The notes under the pieces were generated by a model. It did no database searches. It saw only the letters and a program-made list of their open reading frames with translations, and was not told the origin of the DNA. This document shows, piece after piece, positions 1-10,935 of a DNA stretch of 64,000 nucleotides. Source of the DNA: Candidatus Iainarchaeum sp. (lineage in GTDB: Archaea > Iainarchaeota > Iainarchaeia > Iainarchaeales > CSSED10-239). The DNA lies in the NCBI GenBank assembly GCA_037441475.1, contig JBBISB010000001.1, positions 71,272 through 135,271 of the forward strand, given 5' to 3'. The position numbers and the translations under genes are program-made. Each line of letters opens with the position of its first letter. Position 1 is the stretch's first letter.

Positions 1-104
1 AACTTAAATTCTGAGATTACTTTTTTTCTCTCATAGAGGGGAGTTCTTTTTAAAAGAAGAATCTTTCCTTCTTTGTTTAAAATAATTGCTTTTACTGCTT
101 TCAT
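1..104 (-). CDS. NUDIX-like hydrolase, N-terminal fragment (gene runs off the left edge)
   Basis: ATG at 104 is preceded by AGAAGGT. The translation MKAVKAIILNKEGKILLLKRTPLYERKKVISEFK resembles NUDIX N-termini. It is absent from the ORF track because it is truncated. Confidence 0.3.
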   Translation of the reverse strand, partial: MKAVKAIILNKEGKILLLKRTPLYERKKVISEFK

Positions 105-140
105 ACCTTCTCACTATTAAAAATATTTTTTAAAAAATAA

Positions 141-1364
141 CTATTGAAAAGTATACACCTTATCATTTTTAGAAGGAGTTTTTTCACCAAGAATCTTAAT
201 TGCAACAACCTCTCCTTTCTTTGCATGCTTTAAAGGTGTTAAAAAATCTTTTTGTATGCTTGTAACCTTCTGTTCAATAGTTCCTGTTCTATCTCCAATG
301 ATTAGGATGTTATCATTTATTTTTAAATCAGCAACTTCTAATTTTACTTCAAAGACATTAATTTTTTTAAAAACATTTGTAACTTTACCTATATATGTTT
401 TTTTAGTTTTAGATTTATTACCATAAACATCTGTCCAAGCATTTATTGGTTTTCCATGATAAAAGCCATCTGAAAAACCTCTATTATAAACAGTATCAAG
501 TTTTTTATAAAGCTCTTCTTTCTTCTTTAAAGTAAGTTTTTTTAAAAAATAAAGATCAATTGCTTCTCTATAACACTCAGTTACAATCTTAACATACTCA
601 GCACCCTTTATCCTTCCCTCTATCTTAAAGACATTAATTCTTGCTTTTATTAATTGATCTATGAAAAGAATTGTGTTCATATCCTTTGGACTTAAAACAT
701 AGTTGTTATGTACTTCAAGTTCCTTTCTTGTTTCTGGGTCTAGAATAATGTATTTTCTTCTACATGGTTGTATGCATTTGCCTCTGTTTGCAGAAGTCTT
801 ATTTCCATAAAGAAACTCAGACATAAAACATCTTCCACTTACAGAAACACACATAGCACCATGAACAAAGGTTTCAATCTCTATTGAAGGATCTATTTTT
901 TTAGAATCCCTTACAATCTTTTGAATATCTTTTAATGTTAATTCTCTTGCAAGAACAAATCTTCTTACCCCTAAATCATAGTATTGCTTTATTGCCTCTA
1001 TGTTTGAAACACTTGCCTGTGTGCTTAAATGAATTGGAAGTTTATATTCTTTTGCAAGTTTAATTACAGCTAAATCCCAGGCAATTATACCATCTATCTT
1101 ATACTCTTTTGCCTTTTGTAATATTTTTTTAACCTTTAATATCTCACTATTAAAGATGATTGTGTTTAAGGTTAAGTAAACTTCAACTTTTCTTTCATGA
1201 GCATACTTTACAACTTTAAAAAGTTCTGTTAAAGTAAAGTTTTTAGCTCTCTCCCTCATGTTAATACCTTTTATACCTAAGTATACAGCATCACATCCAG
1301 CATCAATAGCTGAAACAAGCATATCCCAAGAGCCCACTGGGCTTAAAATAATTGGTTTTTTCAT
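141..1364 (-). CDS. Peptidase U32 family protein
   Basis: 407-aa ORF. ETFVHGAMCVSVSGRCFMS fits the U32 signature E-x-F-x2-G-[SA]-[LIVM]-C-x4-G-x-C-x-[LIVM]-S. Confidence 0.85.
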   Translation of the reverse strand: MKKPIILSPVGSWDMLVSAIDAGCDAVYLGIKGINMRERAKNFTLTELFKVVKYAHERKVEVYLTLNTIIFNSEILKVKKILQKAKEYKIDGIIAWDLAVIKLAKEYKLPIHLSTQASVSNIEAIKQYYDLGVRRFVLARELTLKDIQKIVRDSKKIDPSIEIETFVHGAMCVSVSGRCFMSEFLYGNKTSANRGKCIQPCRRKYIILDPETRKELEVHNNYVLSPKDMNTILFIDQLIKARINVFKIEGRIKGAEYVKIVTECYREAIDLYFLKKLTLKKKEELYKKLDTVYNRGFSDGFYHGKPINAWTDVYGNKSKTKKTYIGKVTNVFKKINVFEVKLEVADLKINDNILIIGDRTGTIEQKVTSIQKDFLTPLKHAKKGEVVAIKILGEKTPSKNDKVYTFQ

Positions 1365-1452
1365 ATTTATTCATTTTTTAAGTTAAAAGATAATCTTTTA
1401 AATACTTTAGATTACTTTTATATATATAAATTAATACAGGAGAGTTTTTAAA

Positions 1453-1986
1453 ATGTTAAGTGGAGAAATGTTAGTTGCAAATTTTTTAGGTTTTGGAGCT
1501 TTTGTTTTATACACAGTTTTTATAGCTTTATTAATAGCATTAATTGTCTTTTTATATAAAGCTTATGCACTTTTTACAATTGCAAAAAAACTTGGTTCAA
1601 AACATGCATACCTTGCTTGGATACCTATAGCACAATTTTTCCTTTATCCTTTATTAGCAGATGAAAAATGGGAATGGGGGCTTATTGCTATGTTACCTAT
1701 AGCCTTACCTTTTTTATTCCTTCCTTTCGCTATTATACCGTTTGTTAATTTGTTCTTATTGCTTTTAATAATCATTGGTGTGGTTACATTATATGCTTTT
1801 AGAACATACTGGATATGGAAAATATTTGAAAAAAGAAATTATCATGGAGCATTAAGTCTTTTAACTTTAATAAATGTTGCATGTTTAATAATTTTAGGTA
1901 TTGTTGCATGGAGAGATAATAAAGTTGTTAAAGAAAAAGTTAAACCTTCTTTTAAAAAAAAGCTATTTCTAAACCTAAAAAAGTAG
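1453..1986 (+). CDS. Multi-pass membrane protein, unknown function
   Basis: 177-aa ORF with several long hydrophobic segments and a Lys-rich C-terminus. Confidence 0.45.
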   Translation: MLSGEMLVANFLGFGAFVLYTVFIALLIALIVFLYKAYALFTIAKKLGSKHAYLAWIPIAQFFLYPLLADEKWEWGLIAMLPIALPFLFLPFAIIPFVNLFLLLLIIIGVVTLYAFRTYWIWKIFEKRNYHGALSLLTLINVACLIILGIVAWRDNKVVKEKVKPSFKKKLFLNLKK

Positions 1987-2035
1987 TTAAGAAAATTGTT
2001 AAGAAAAAGATAAAAAAATAATTTTATCTTTTTTT

Positions 2036-3043
2036 TTATTTATTTTGATCCAAGTATTCTTCTTTAAACATCCTAAAGGTTAGGATAAAGAAAGATATTA
2101 TTAAAGGACCTATAACTATACCTACAAAACCAAAAGCAGAAATACCTATAAAGATACCTAAGATAGAAACAAGTGGATGAAGGTCACCTATCTTTCTTTG
2201 TAAGTAAGGTCTTATAAAAAATTCAGAGTAGTTGATTACTAAACCTAAAACAACTATTGCTATGGTTGTAAAGTAGTCTTCTCTTATTAAAAATATAAAT
2301 GCGTATGGAATCCATATTAAAGGCACACCCAGGATTGGAAGGAAGGAAAGAACTGCTGCAAGAAGACCCCAAAAGACAGCACCGTTAATGCCTAAAGCCC
2401 AAAAACCAAGACCTAAAAGAAAACCCTGGAACAAGGCAAGAAGACCAGTGGTTATTAATGTTGAGTAAGTTACATTCTTAAACTCTCTTGCTAAGATGAT
2501 TGAGTTTTTAGCACTAAAAGGAAGATATTCTTTTAAAACAGAATAAAGTTCATTATGATATAATAAAAGATAGAAAAGTAAAAAGTACATTATTATTAAA
2601 GTTACAACAGCTTTAACAATATTGTTTATACTTCTAAACAAAACATCTGCAGTCCAGTTTGTGAGGTTTGGAATATAACTATTAATTGTGTATGCTATGT
2701 TAAGACCAGGATGTTTAGCTTCAAAAGCTTCTAGTTGAGATATTAAGATGTCCTTTTGAGAGGTAAGTTCATTTATTTGATTGTATGATTTCATTACTAC
2801 AAAGTAACTTGGTATTATTACTATTAATAAGGTTATAATTATTATTATTATTGCAGATAAATTTTTATTTAATTTAAGTTTATTTGTAAAAAACTTATGA
2901 AGAGGTAAGAAGAGAGCAAAAAGAATGAATGCACCTAAAAGACCGTTTACATACTGCCATAGGTAGATAACAATGAAAATAAAAAGTATTATTAAAATAG
3001 ACATGGCAATGTATTTATTAAAGTCCTTATATGTGTTTATCAT
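2036..3043 (-). CDS. AI-2E (PerM/UPF0118) family transporter
   Basis: 335-aa polytopic membrane ORF. The size, the roughly 8-TM layout and the Gly/Pro-rich C-terminal helices (GIFIGISAFGFVGIVIGPLI) are typical of UPF0118. Confidence 0.6.
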   Translation of the reverse strand: MINTYKDFNKYIAMSILIILFIFIVIYLWQYVNGLLGAFILFALFLPLHKFFTNKLKLNKNLSAIIIIIITLLIVIIPSYFVVMKSYNQINELTSQKDILISQLEAFEAKHPGLNIAYTINSYIPNLTNWTADVLFRSINNIVKAVVTLIIMYFLLFYLLLYHNELYSVLKEYLPFSAKNSIILAREFKNVTYSTLITTGLLALFQGFLLGLGFWALGINGAVFWGLLAAVLSFLPILGVPLIWIPYAFIFLIREDYFTTIAIVVLGLVINYSEFFIRPYLQRKIGDLHPLVSILGIFIGISAFGFVGIVIGPLIISFFILTFRMFKEEYLDQNK

Positions 3044-3158
3044 TTTAAATCTTATTTTTTAGTTTTTTTAATTAAAACATTAATATACATATATATACTA
3101 CGATTAGTATAAATACTTTTTTATTTAAAAATATTTTCTTTTTTTAAAAAGAAGGAAG

Positions 3159-3713
3159 TTAATAGATGTAAGGTATTAACTTTTTACTTGTTTTCTTATA
3201 TTTCTTAAAATCTGGAAACCTTTTGTCCAAATATCTTTCCTCAGATTCAACCTTATAAATAATTGTTAGAATAACAACCAAAAATAGATAAAAGAAAAGA
3301 TTTTTTGAAAAAAGAATTAATATTCCTGAAGCTAAAAAAACACCTGATAAGTATATTGGGTGTCTTATGTTTCTGTATATGCCTTTTGTAACTAGATATT
3401 TTTCTTTACCTGTCTGAGGATAATAGTTTTCTTTTAAAGCTATGATTCCCTGGTATTCAATTACTCCAGAAAGGATTATAAGTATTATACCTATACTGTC
3501 AACTAATGATAAGGAAAATAAACCTGTGAAAAAAACGTAGTTTATAAGAGATATTAAAAGTACTATGTAAAAAACAGTTATGTAAAAGGAAGTTGGAAAA
3601 TCAGTTTTAAACATATTAATAGTTTCTTTAGTTAAGTTCAAGTGTTTTGTTTTCTTATACACAAGGAAGTAATAAACTAAAGTGTAAATTGTTAAAAATA
3701 ATAATCCATACAT
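3159..3713 (-). CDS. Isoprenylcysteine carboxyl / phospholipid methyltransferase family membrane protein
   Basis: 184-aa membrane ORF with the RHPxY motif (YRNIRHPIYLSGVF) characteristic of the ICMT/PEMT family. Confidence 0.6.
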   Translation of the reverse strand: MYGLLFLTIYTLVYYFLVYKKTKHLNLTKETINMFKTDFPTSFYITVFYIVLLISLINYVFFTGLFSLSLVDSIGIILIILSGVIEYQGIIALKENYYPQTGKEKYLVTKGIYRNIRHPIYLSGVFLASGILILFSKNLFFYLFLVVILTIIYKVESEERYLDKRFPDFKKYKKTSKKLIPYIY

Positions 3714-3782
3714 TTTTTGATCACATTAATTATCTTGTTGTAAAGTATATTTATTTGTTTTGATATTTTTTAAAAATTATTT

Positions 3783-4145
3783 TTAATGATGGAAAAGAAG
3801 TTTTCTTATTGTTATTACAACAATTGGTATTAAGATATAAACTAAAGCGTTTGAAGAAGGTATTAAATTTAAGAAAACCATGGCGTATATACCTATTACC
3901 CATCCAGCTACATAGAAAGCAGTAAACTTTTTATAACTTATAAAACTATGATAAAAACTAAAACATAAGATAAAAACCATTAGAAGTTGTTCATTTGTAA
4001 TCCAGGAGACTCCAAAGACAATATCTAAAAATCTACTTATTATTAATAAAGAAAAAGAAAGTATTAATCCTTTTAAAGCTTTTAAAAAAATATCAGTAAC
4101 TCCAGAGAACACATACTCTATGTCTTGAATAATCTCTGAAGTCAT
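3783..4145 (-). CDS. Small membrane protein
   Basis: 120-aa ORF with about 4 hydrophobic helices and no recognisable motif. Confidence 0.4.
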   Translation of the reverse strand: MTSEIIQDIEYVFSGVTDIFLKALKGLILSFSLLIISRFLDIVFGVSWITNEQLLMVFILCFSFYHSFISYKKFTAFYVAGWVIGIYAMVFLNLIPSSNALVYILIPIVVITIRKLLFHH

Positions 4146-4160
4146 ATTTTTCTAATTTTT

Positions 4161-4469
4161 TTATTTCTGGATTAATGGTCTTTTTTTATAAACTGGTTTT
4201 TTTAAAGTAAACTTATTTTCTGAAACTTCTTTATGATTTGCTAAAACAACTCCAAAGATTATTCCTGAAAAGACTAAAGTTATGATGTTTAAAAAAGCCA
4301 CATCTATATTTTTTGTCATAAAACCATCAATTACTAAAGATAAAACACCTATAGAATAGAAAAAGACAAACCATAAGCTAATGTTCTTTCCTTTATTCCA
4401 TACTTCTAAAAGTTGTAATATCCAAGCAAAAATAATTAATGTAAATCCTAACATTACCCAAAATTGCAT
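4161..4469 (-). CDS. Small membrane protein
   Basis: 102-aa ORF with 3 hydrophobic helices and a basic C-terminus. Confidence 0.4.
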   Translation of the reverse strand: MQFWVMLGFTLIIFAWILQLLEVWNKGKNISLWFVFFYSIGVLSLVIDGFMTKNIDVAFLNIITLVFSGIIFGVVLANHKEVSENKFTLKKPVYKKRPLIQK

Positions 4470-4573
4470 TTTTCATCCCTCTTTATAATTATTTTATACA
4501 AATATAAATTAAATAAGAGGAAAGAATTTATAAACATTTGTTTTTTTACTAAAAACTGTTTTTTATATAAAAA

Positions 4574-5194
4574 TCAGTCAATAACATCTATACAGTTATT
4601 TTTATTCCTTTTTCTTTCTTTAATTGCAAGGATTAATAAAAAGATTGTTAAGGCTATTAAAAAGAATATTGCTATGATTAAAATGATTTCTTTGTTAAAA
4701 GAAGAAGTGTATATAATTGGTTCTGCTTGTGCTGTTGCTCCTTGAGCAATATCCATTACAGCCATTGGTGCTGATTCCACTTTACTTGTCATCATTCTTT
4801 CAGTAACATTAATAGCTGCATCATAGGACTTGGCAGTATATTTTGATGAAAAAACAGAACTAAAAATATAATACCCAATAAGACCAAAGGTTGCAAAGAT
4901 GGTTACTACAAAAGAAATTAAAACTTTTATTTCCTTTGGTTTAACTAATTTTTTTCCTTTCTCTGTTAAAAAATAATATTTCCATTTGTTATCAGATTCT
5001 TCTCTTTTAACAAGATCTGCGTCTATAAGGTTATCTAAATGTTCTTTAATTGTTGGACCTTTTAGGTTTAGTTTTGTGGTTAATTCTGAAAGAGTATATT
5101 TACGTTTAGAAAGTTCTTTTAAAAGATCCATCCTTGTATCAGATGCAATTGCCTTTAAGGTCTTTCTATCAATTAATATTTTTTCTTCTTCCAT
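4574..5194 (-). CDS. ArsR-type winged-helix regulator with C-terminal membrane anchors
   Basis: The N-terminus LKAIASDTRMDLLKELSKRKYTLSELTTKLNLKGPTIKEHLDNL is an ArsR/SmtB-like HTH. Two hydrophobic helices follow. The gene ends in TGA. Confidence 0.7.
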   Translation of the reverse strand: MEEEKILIDRKTLKAIASDTRMDLLKELSKRKYTLSELTTKLNLKGPTIKEHLDNLIDADLVKREESDNKWKYYFLTEKGKKLVKPKEIKVLISFVVTIFATFGLIGYYIFSSVFSSKYTAKSYDAAINVTERMMTSKVESAPMAVMDIAQGATAQAEPIIYTSSFNKEIILIIAIFFLIALTIFLLILAIKERKRNKNNCIDVID

Positions 5195-5252
5195 ATATTA
5201 TTATCTTGTTTAAATCAATTTTTAAGAGAGTTGTTTTTATAAGGAAAAAACC

Positions 5253-6590
5253 TTATATTTTTTTTAAAATTCCTTTTGCTGCAATTACCCCTGAGATTGC
5301 TGCACCTATAATGTTACCTGAAACACCAGCTCCATCTCCAGCCATAAAAAGGTTTTTAATTTCTGTTTCAAGGTATTTATCTGTTTTTACCTTTGTTGAT
5401 CTAAACTTTACTTCAGGAGCATATAGAAAAGTTGAATCTCCATCAAGACCAGGAAGAATCTTTGAAAGAGCTTCAATACCCTCAATTAAGTTAGTTGTTA
5501 TTCTGTAAGGCATAGCCATACCTATATCCCCTGGAACAGCATCTTTTAAAGAAGGTTCTATGTGTGCTTTTAAAAGTCTTTCAGGAGTTGATCTTCTTCC
5601 TTGTTTTAGATCCTTAAACCTTTGTATGATTGGTTTTCCTGCACCTAGAAGAGTTACACCTTGAGCAATAAATTCAGCATATTTTCTTGTTGACTCTAAG
5701 GGTTTTGTTAAAGCTACTTCTACAACTAAAGCAAAGTTTGAATTTTTTCCATCGTTATTTGAGTTTGAGTAACCGTTAACACATACATAGTGATCATAAT
5801 CTTCAACAGCTACAAATCCTTTTGGGCAAGGACAAAAAGTTCTTACAACATCATCAAATGTTTTTGTATATAGAGAATAAATTGTTTCATACATTAGTTC
5901 AGAGTGACCATTATTAATTGAAGATGGAAATTCAACTCTTACACCAACCTCTACTTTATCATAAACTGTTTCAATTTTGTGTTTCTTTGTAATATGTTCA
6001 ACCCATGAGGCATTGTATCTTCCTGGTGCACATATTACGTACTTTCCTAAAATTTCTTTTCCATCAACTGTTTTTACACCTTTAATTTCTTTATTTTCAA
6101 CTATTAGGTCCTTTATCTCTGTGTTAGGTAGAAGTTCTATTCTCTTTAAAACATCATCTTGCATTTTTTTAATAATTGTAGGAAGTTTATCTGTTCCTAC
6201 ATGTAAGGTTTTTCTTATAAATAGTTTAATGTTATTTCTTTCAGCATTATCAACTAAATCTTTTGCTTGTTGCATGTTTTTTGGATAGTAATCAGGGTCT
6301 ACCCCATACTCTAAGAATTTCTTTTCAACATAATCTAAGTACTCTTGATATTCATTTAAGGAATAAAGATGTAAAAGCTTTTCATGAGAGAGAACTGGAG
6401 TGAAATGTAGTTTTCCATCAGAGAAGGTACCTGCGCCTCCAAAACCATTCATAACTTCTGTTTTTTTTCTGTTTTCAACTAGATTTCCTTTATCTATTAA
6501 AATTACTTTTAAGGATTTATTTTGTTTAGAAAACTCTAAAGCAGAAAAAAGACCGGCAGGACCAGCACCAACTATTATTACATCGTACAT
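5253..6590 (-). CDS. FAD-dependent oxidoreductase (COG2509-like)
   Basis: 445-aa ORF with the N-terminal dinucleotide fold YDVIIVGAGPAGLFSA and the C-terminal motif FMAGDGAGVSGNIIGAAISG. Confidence 0.7.
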   Translation of the reverse strand: MYDVIIVGAGPAGLFSALEFSKQNKSLKVILIDKGNLVENRKKTEVMNGFGGAGTFSDGKLHFTPVLSHEKLLHLYSLNEYQEYLDYVEKKFLEYGVDPDYYPKNMQQAKDLVDNAERNNIKLFIRKTLHVGTDKLPTIIKKMQDDVLKRIELLPNTEIKDLIVENKEIKGVKTVDGKEILGKYVICAPGRYNASWVEHITKKHKIETVYDKVEVGVRVEFPSSINNGHSELMYETIYSLYTKTFDDVVRTFCPCPKGFVAVEDYDHYVCVNGYSNSNNDGKNSNFALVVEVALTKPLESTRKYAEFIAQGVTLLGAGKPIIQRFKDLKQGRRSTPERLLKAHIEPSLKDAVPGDIGMAMPYRITTNLIEGIEALSKILPGLDGDSTFLYAPEVKFRSTKVKTDKYLETEIKNLFMAGDGAGVSGNIIGAAISGVIAAKGILKKI

Positions 6591-6656
6591 TTATTAAAAA
6601 CCCCTTTTTTTTTATTAATGCAAATTAATGTTGTATAATTAGGTTTAAAATACTTT

Positions 6657-7292
6657 TTGTTTTACTGTTTTATATATATAGATAAAAGTATACCTTGTGT
6701 ATTATGGTTTATTATGATTAAGAATAATAAGATTGAAAAAGTAAAAAGATTTATACTAAATAGAGAGATTAAAAAAGAAATTAAAAGAGACTTAGCTATT
6801 GATCAAAAGATTTCTGCTAATGAAGTGTTTAATTTTTTAACGGAATATAAGAAATCAATTAGATTAAATAAAAATAATAGAGAGTATAGTGAGATTGATA
6901 AAACAAATATGAATATATCAATTCTTAATGCAAGGTTAAATGCTTTAGGAAGAAGAAATTCTAATAAATATTACAATTTAGCTATTGAAAGACTTGAAAA
7001 TATAAATACTTTTTTCTTACAAAAAGAAGAAATGATTTATAGAACAAAATTATTTTTAGCAGATATTGAAAAAATACCTAAAAAAGAAATGACTTATGAT
7101 CTTAATTTTTTGAAAAGTATTACTGTTCAAACTGCTTTTAATGTTGAAACAAATTTTAGAAGGATATTTACTGAACTTTTAAAAAAATCTCAAAACACAA
7201 CAAACATTAAAGAATTTTATGCACTTTTAGATATATCTTGTAAAAGGTTAGATGATTTGTTTATTAAAAAGAAAAATATATATAATAATTAA
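6657..7292 (+). CDS. Hypothetical protein
   Basis: 211-aa Lys/Asn-rich ORF with no motif recognised. The true start may be the internal Met at about 6715. Confidence 0.35.
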   Translation: MFYCFIYIDKSIPCVLWFIMIKNNKIEKVKRFILNREIKKEIKRDLAIDQKISANEVFNFLTEYKKSIRLNKNNREYSEIDKTNMNISILNARLNALGRRNSNKYYNLAIERLENINTFFLQKEEMIYRTKLFLADIEKIPKKEMTYDLNFLKSITVQTAFNVETNFRRIFTELLKKSQNTTNIKEFYALLDISCKRLDDLFIKKKNIYNN

Positions 7293-7679
7293 ATAATTAA
7301 TTTTAAAGTACCAAAAGAAAGTTAGGCTTTAAACCTTTATAGGCAATTAAAGGAAGTATAGGATAACTATTAGAAGAATTGCTATTAAGTATAGTAGATG
7401 ACTATCTAAGGAACACAGACTTTTTATAAAACTGTGAAGAGATTTAACTAAAATTACTAATAAAGTTATTTCTTCAAGAAACAAAGAAAGGTCAAAAGTA
7501 GTATTCTATCAGTGTTTTTCACCTCCTTTATCTTCTTTTTGCAAAAATAAAAGTAAGCTCAAAACCACATATATAATATACTTGGAAGAAGATTTAAAGG
7601 CTTCTTTTTTTTAATTGCCATCCTCTGCAATCTACATAATCCAATTTATATAAAAACGTATTCTTGTATTAATATATTA

Positions 7680-8906
7680 ATGAAAGATATTGAAAAAATA
7701 TTTAATCTTATAAAAAAAGAAGAAAAGAGACAACAAGAGACAATTGAGCTTATAGCTTCTGAAAATATTACCTCTAAAAAAATAAGAGAAGCTTGTGGAT
7801 CTGTTTTAACAAACAAATATGCTGAAGGATATCCGTCAAAAAGATATTATTCAGGGTGTGTTAATGTTGATGAAATTGAACAAATGGCAATTGATTCTTG
7901 CAGACAACTTTTTTCTTGTAAATTTGCAAACGTTCAACAACATTCAGGATCAAATGCTAATGAGATAGCATATTTTTCTTTACTTGAAGCTGGAGATAAG
8001 ATATTAGGAATGTCTCTTGATGCAGGTGGACATTTAACACACGGTTATAAGATTAATTTTTCTGGAAAAAATTATACTTCTTTTTCTTACGGTCTTGACT
8101 CTGATGGATATATTGATTATCAAGCTTTAGAAAATCTTGCAAAAGAAATTAAACCAAAATTGATTGTTGCAGGGGCATCTGCTTATCCTAGAAAAATAGA
8201 CTTTAAAAGATTTAGAGAGATTGCTGATTCTGTTGGTGCTTATCTTATGGTTGATATGGCACACATAGCAGGTTTAGTTGCAGCTGGTTTGCATCAATCG
8301 CCTGTTGAATATGCATACATTATAACTTCTACAACTCATAAAACATTAAGAGGGCCTAGAGGTTGGTTTATTATTACCAATAACGAAGAACTTTCTAAAA
8401 AAATAGATAAAGCTTGTTTTCCTGGTTTTCAAGGTGGACCTTTAGAGCATATTATTGCAGGAAAAGCTATATGCTTTATAGAAGCTTTAGAACCATCCTT
8501 TAAAGAATATCAAGAACAGGTTTTAAAAAATTCAAAAGTTTTTGCTCAAGAACTTTTAAAATATGGTTTTAATCTTGTTACAAATGGAACTGATAACCAT
8601 TTGATGTTAGTTGATCTTAGAAGTAAAAAAATTACTGGAAAAAAAGCAGAAGAACTTTTAGAGAAATGTAATATATCTGTAAATAAGAACGCTATACCAA
8701 ACGATCCTGAAAAACCATTTGTAACATCTGGGATAAGGATTGGAACTCCTGCTATAACTAATAGGGGAATGAAAGAAGAAGATGTAAGATTAATTGTTTC
8801 ATTTATAGATAGAGTTATATCTAATCCTGAAGATATAGAGATACATGAAAAGATAAAAGAAGAAGTTATTTGTTTTTTAGAAAGATTTAAAATTAATGAA
8901 ATATAA
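7680..8906 (+). CDS. glyA: Serine hydroxymethyltransferase
   Basis: 408 aa. It has ELIASEN near the N-terminus and the PLP-lysine motif [13 protein letters not shown]. Confidence 0.95.
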   Translation: MKDIEKIFNLIKKEEKRQQETIELIASENITSKKIREACGSVLTNKYAEGYPSKRYYSGCVNVDEIEQMAIDSCRQLFSCKFANVQQHSGSNANEIAYFSLLEAGDKILGMSLDAGGHLTHGYKINFSGKNYTSFSYGLDSDGYIDYQALENLAKEIKPKLIVAGASAYPRKIDFKRFREIADSVGAYLMVDMAHIAGLVAAGLHQSPVEYAYIITSTTHKTLRGPRGWFIITNNEELSKKIDKACFPGFQGGPLEHIIAGKAICFIEALEPSFKEYQEQVLKNSKVFAQELLKYGFNLVTNGTDNHLMLVDLRSKKITGKKAEELLEKCNISVNKNAIPNDPEKPFVTSGIRIGTPAITNRGMKEEDVRLIVSFIDRVISNPEDIEIHEKIKEEVICFLERFKINEI

Positions 8907-8927
8907 TTTAGGAAAAGATGGTAAAAA

Positions 8928-9341
8928 ATGAAAATATACTTTGCAGGATCAATTAGTGGTGGAAGAGATGATCAAGAGATTTATTTTGAGATAATTAAAT
9001 ATCTTAAAGAAAAAGGGCATGATGTTTTAACAGAACATATCTCAGATAAAGGCTTATCAAGTTATGGAGAAAAAAATCTTTCTTCTAAAGAAATATATTT
9101 AAGAGATATTGAATGGATTAAGAATGCTGATATTTTAATTGCTGAGGTTACACAAGTTTCTTTAGGGGTTGGTTATGAACTTGGTTTTGCTGAAGGAATA
9201 GGTAAAAAAATAATTTGTCTTTATAGAGAAAAAGAAGGTAAGAGATTATCTGCAATGGTTGATGGTAATGATAATTTTAAAGTTATTAGGTATAAGGATA
9301 TTAGTGAAGTTTTAGAAAAATTAAATGAATTTTTAAGATAA
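8928..9341 (+). CDS. 2'-deoxynucleoside 5'-phosphate N-hydrolase (DNPH1/Rcl)-like protein
   Basis: 137 aa. It is colinear with the DNPH1 family: YFAGSISGGRDD, AEVTQVSLGVGYELG, RLSAM. Confidence 0.8.
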   Translation: MKIYFAGSISGGRDDQEIYFEIIKYLKEKGHDVLTEHISDKGLSSYGEKNLSSKEIYLRDIEWIKNADILIAEVTQVSLGVGYELGFAEGIGKKIICLYREKEGKRLSAMVDGNDNFKVIRYKDISEVLEKLNEFLR

Positions 9342-9366
9342 TAATTATGAAAGGTAGTGAAATTAT

Positions 9367-10047
9367 ATGAAAGGAAAGTTAATTGTTATTGATGGAACTG
9401 ATGGTTCTGGAAAACATACACAAACTATGCTTTTAAAAGAAAATCTTTTAAAAGAAGGATACTTTGTTGAAACAATTGATTTTCCACAGTATGGTTTAAA
9501 ATCAGCTGCACCTACAGAAGAATATCTTAATGGTAAGTATGGATCTGCTAATGATGTTACTCCTTATCAAGCATCTATTCTTTATGCTGTAGATAGGTTT
9601 GCAGCTTCTTTTAAGATTAAAGAGTGGCTTAACGAAGGAAGGGTTGTTCTTTGTGACAGATATGTTTCTGCAAATATGGGACATCAAGCAGGAAAAATTG
9701 AAAATATAGAAGAAAGAGATAAATTTCTTGATTGGTTATTTGATTTAGAGTATAATATTTTTAAAATACCAAAACCAGATATAAATATTTTTTTATATCT
9801 TGATCCTGAGATTGCAAGAAGGCTTGCACAGGATAATAAATCTGAAAAATTTACAAACAATGTTAAAAAAAATGATATTCATGAAAAAGATCCAGAACAT
9901 ATGAAAAAAGCATCACAAGCTTTTTTATATGTTGCTAAAAAATATGATTGGATAACTATTGATTGTTCTGATAAAAATAAAGGGATTAGGACAAGAGAAG
10001 AAATATCTTTAGAAGTTTTAAAAAAGGTAAAAGAAAAAGGGGTTTGA
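9367..10047 (+). CDS. tmk: Thymidylate (dTMP) kinase
   Basis: 226 aa with the P-loop IDGTDGSGKHTQ and the DRY-type motif CDRYVSA. It ends TGA followed immediately by TAA. Confidence 0.85.
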   Translation: MKGKLIVIDGTDGSGKHTQTMLLKENLLKEGYFVETIDFPQYGLKSAAPTEEYLNGKYGSANDVTPYQASILYAVDRFAASFKIKEWLNEGRVVLCDRYVSANMGHQAGKIENIEERDKFLDWLFDLEYNIFKIPKPDINIFLYLDPEIARRLAQDNKSEKFTNNVKKNDIHEKDPEHMKKASQAFLYVAKKYDWITIDCSDKNKGIRTREEISLEVLKKVKEKGV

Positions 10048-10053
10048 TAAAAT

Positions 10054-10921
10054 ATGAAAGCATACCTAAGCATTATTAAAGACATTCTTGAAAAAGGAGA
10101 AATTAAAGAAAATAGGACAGGTGTAAATACTGTTGCTATTGCTGGAGCTATGTTTGAACATGACATGGCTTATGGTTTCCCTTTACTTACAACTAAAAGT
10201 GTGCCTTTTAGATTAGTTGCATCTGAACTTGAGTTTTTTATTAAAGGTTTAACTGATAAAAAATGGTTAATGTCTGAAAATAATCATATCTGGGATCAAT
10301 GGTGTTCACCTGATATTGTACCTTATGGAACTGATGAAGAAACTAAATTAAAAATGAAAGAAGAAAGAGAGATTGGACCTATCTATGGTTGGCAATGGAG
10401 AAACTTTGGTGCAAAATATACTTCTTTTGATAAAGCACCTGAAGGATTAGGAATTGATCAACTTAAAAAACTTGTAGATACATTAAAGAAAAATCCAAAT
10501 GATAGAAGAATGATTGTATCTGCTTGGAACCCTGTTGATATTCATAGAATGGCTCTTCCACCTTGTCATTATGGCTTTCAAGTAACTGTTATTAATGGTA
10601 AGTTAAATCTATTATGGAATGAAAGATCTGTTGACTATGCTTTAGGACTGCCGTTTAATATTGCGAGCTATGGATTATTATTACATTAACTTGCAAAAGA
10701 AGCTGGTCTTAAGGAAGGAAAATTAATTGGTTTTTTAGGGGATACACATGTTTATGAAAATCATATAGAGGGTTTAAAAGAACAACTTAAAAGAGAACCT
10801 TTTAGTTTACCAAAGATCGAAACTAAAAACTTTAAATCTATCTTTGAATGGAAATACTCTGATACTGAGATTATTGATTATAAAAAAACAGCCACCTATA
10901 AAATTTGAAATTGCTGTTTAA
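10054..10921 (+). pseudogene. thyA: Thymidylate synthase ThyA, disrupted by an in-frame TAA and a 3' frameshift
   Basis: All ThyA motifs are present: NRTG, PPCH, RSVD, LPFNIASY, GDTHVY. A TAA at 10687-10689 interrupts the frame (..ASYGLLLH*LAKEAGL..) and the same frame then continues. An extra A in the A7 run at 10882-10888 shifts the last codons. The shifted frame gives QPPIKFEIAV*, which is the canonical C-terminus type. Confidence 0.85.
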
Positions 10922-10935
10922 GAGGTTTTTTATAA

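Noticed and set aside
7342-7619. Long-range 9-bp complementarity (GGCAATTAA / TTAATTGCC) as the closing helix of a ~280-nt structured RNA such as SRP RNA or RNase P RNA.
   Set aside because: A 9-bp AT-rich match within 390 bp is about what chance would produce. None of the conserved SRP or RNase P sequence blocks I remember is present. The region is kept only as a low-interest ORF-free spacer.
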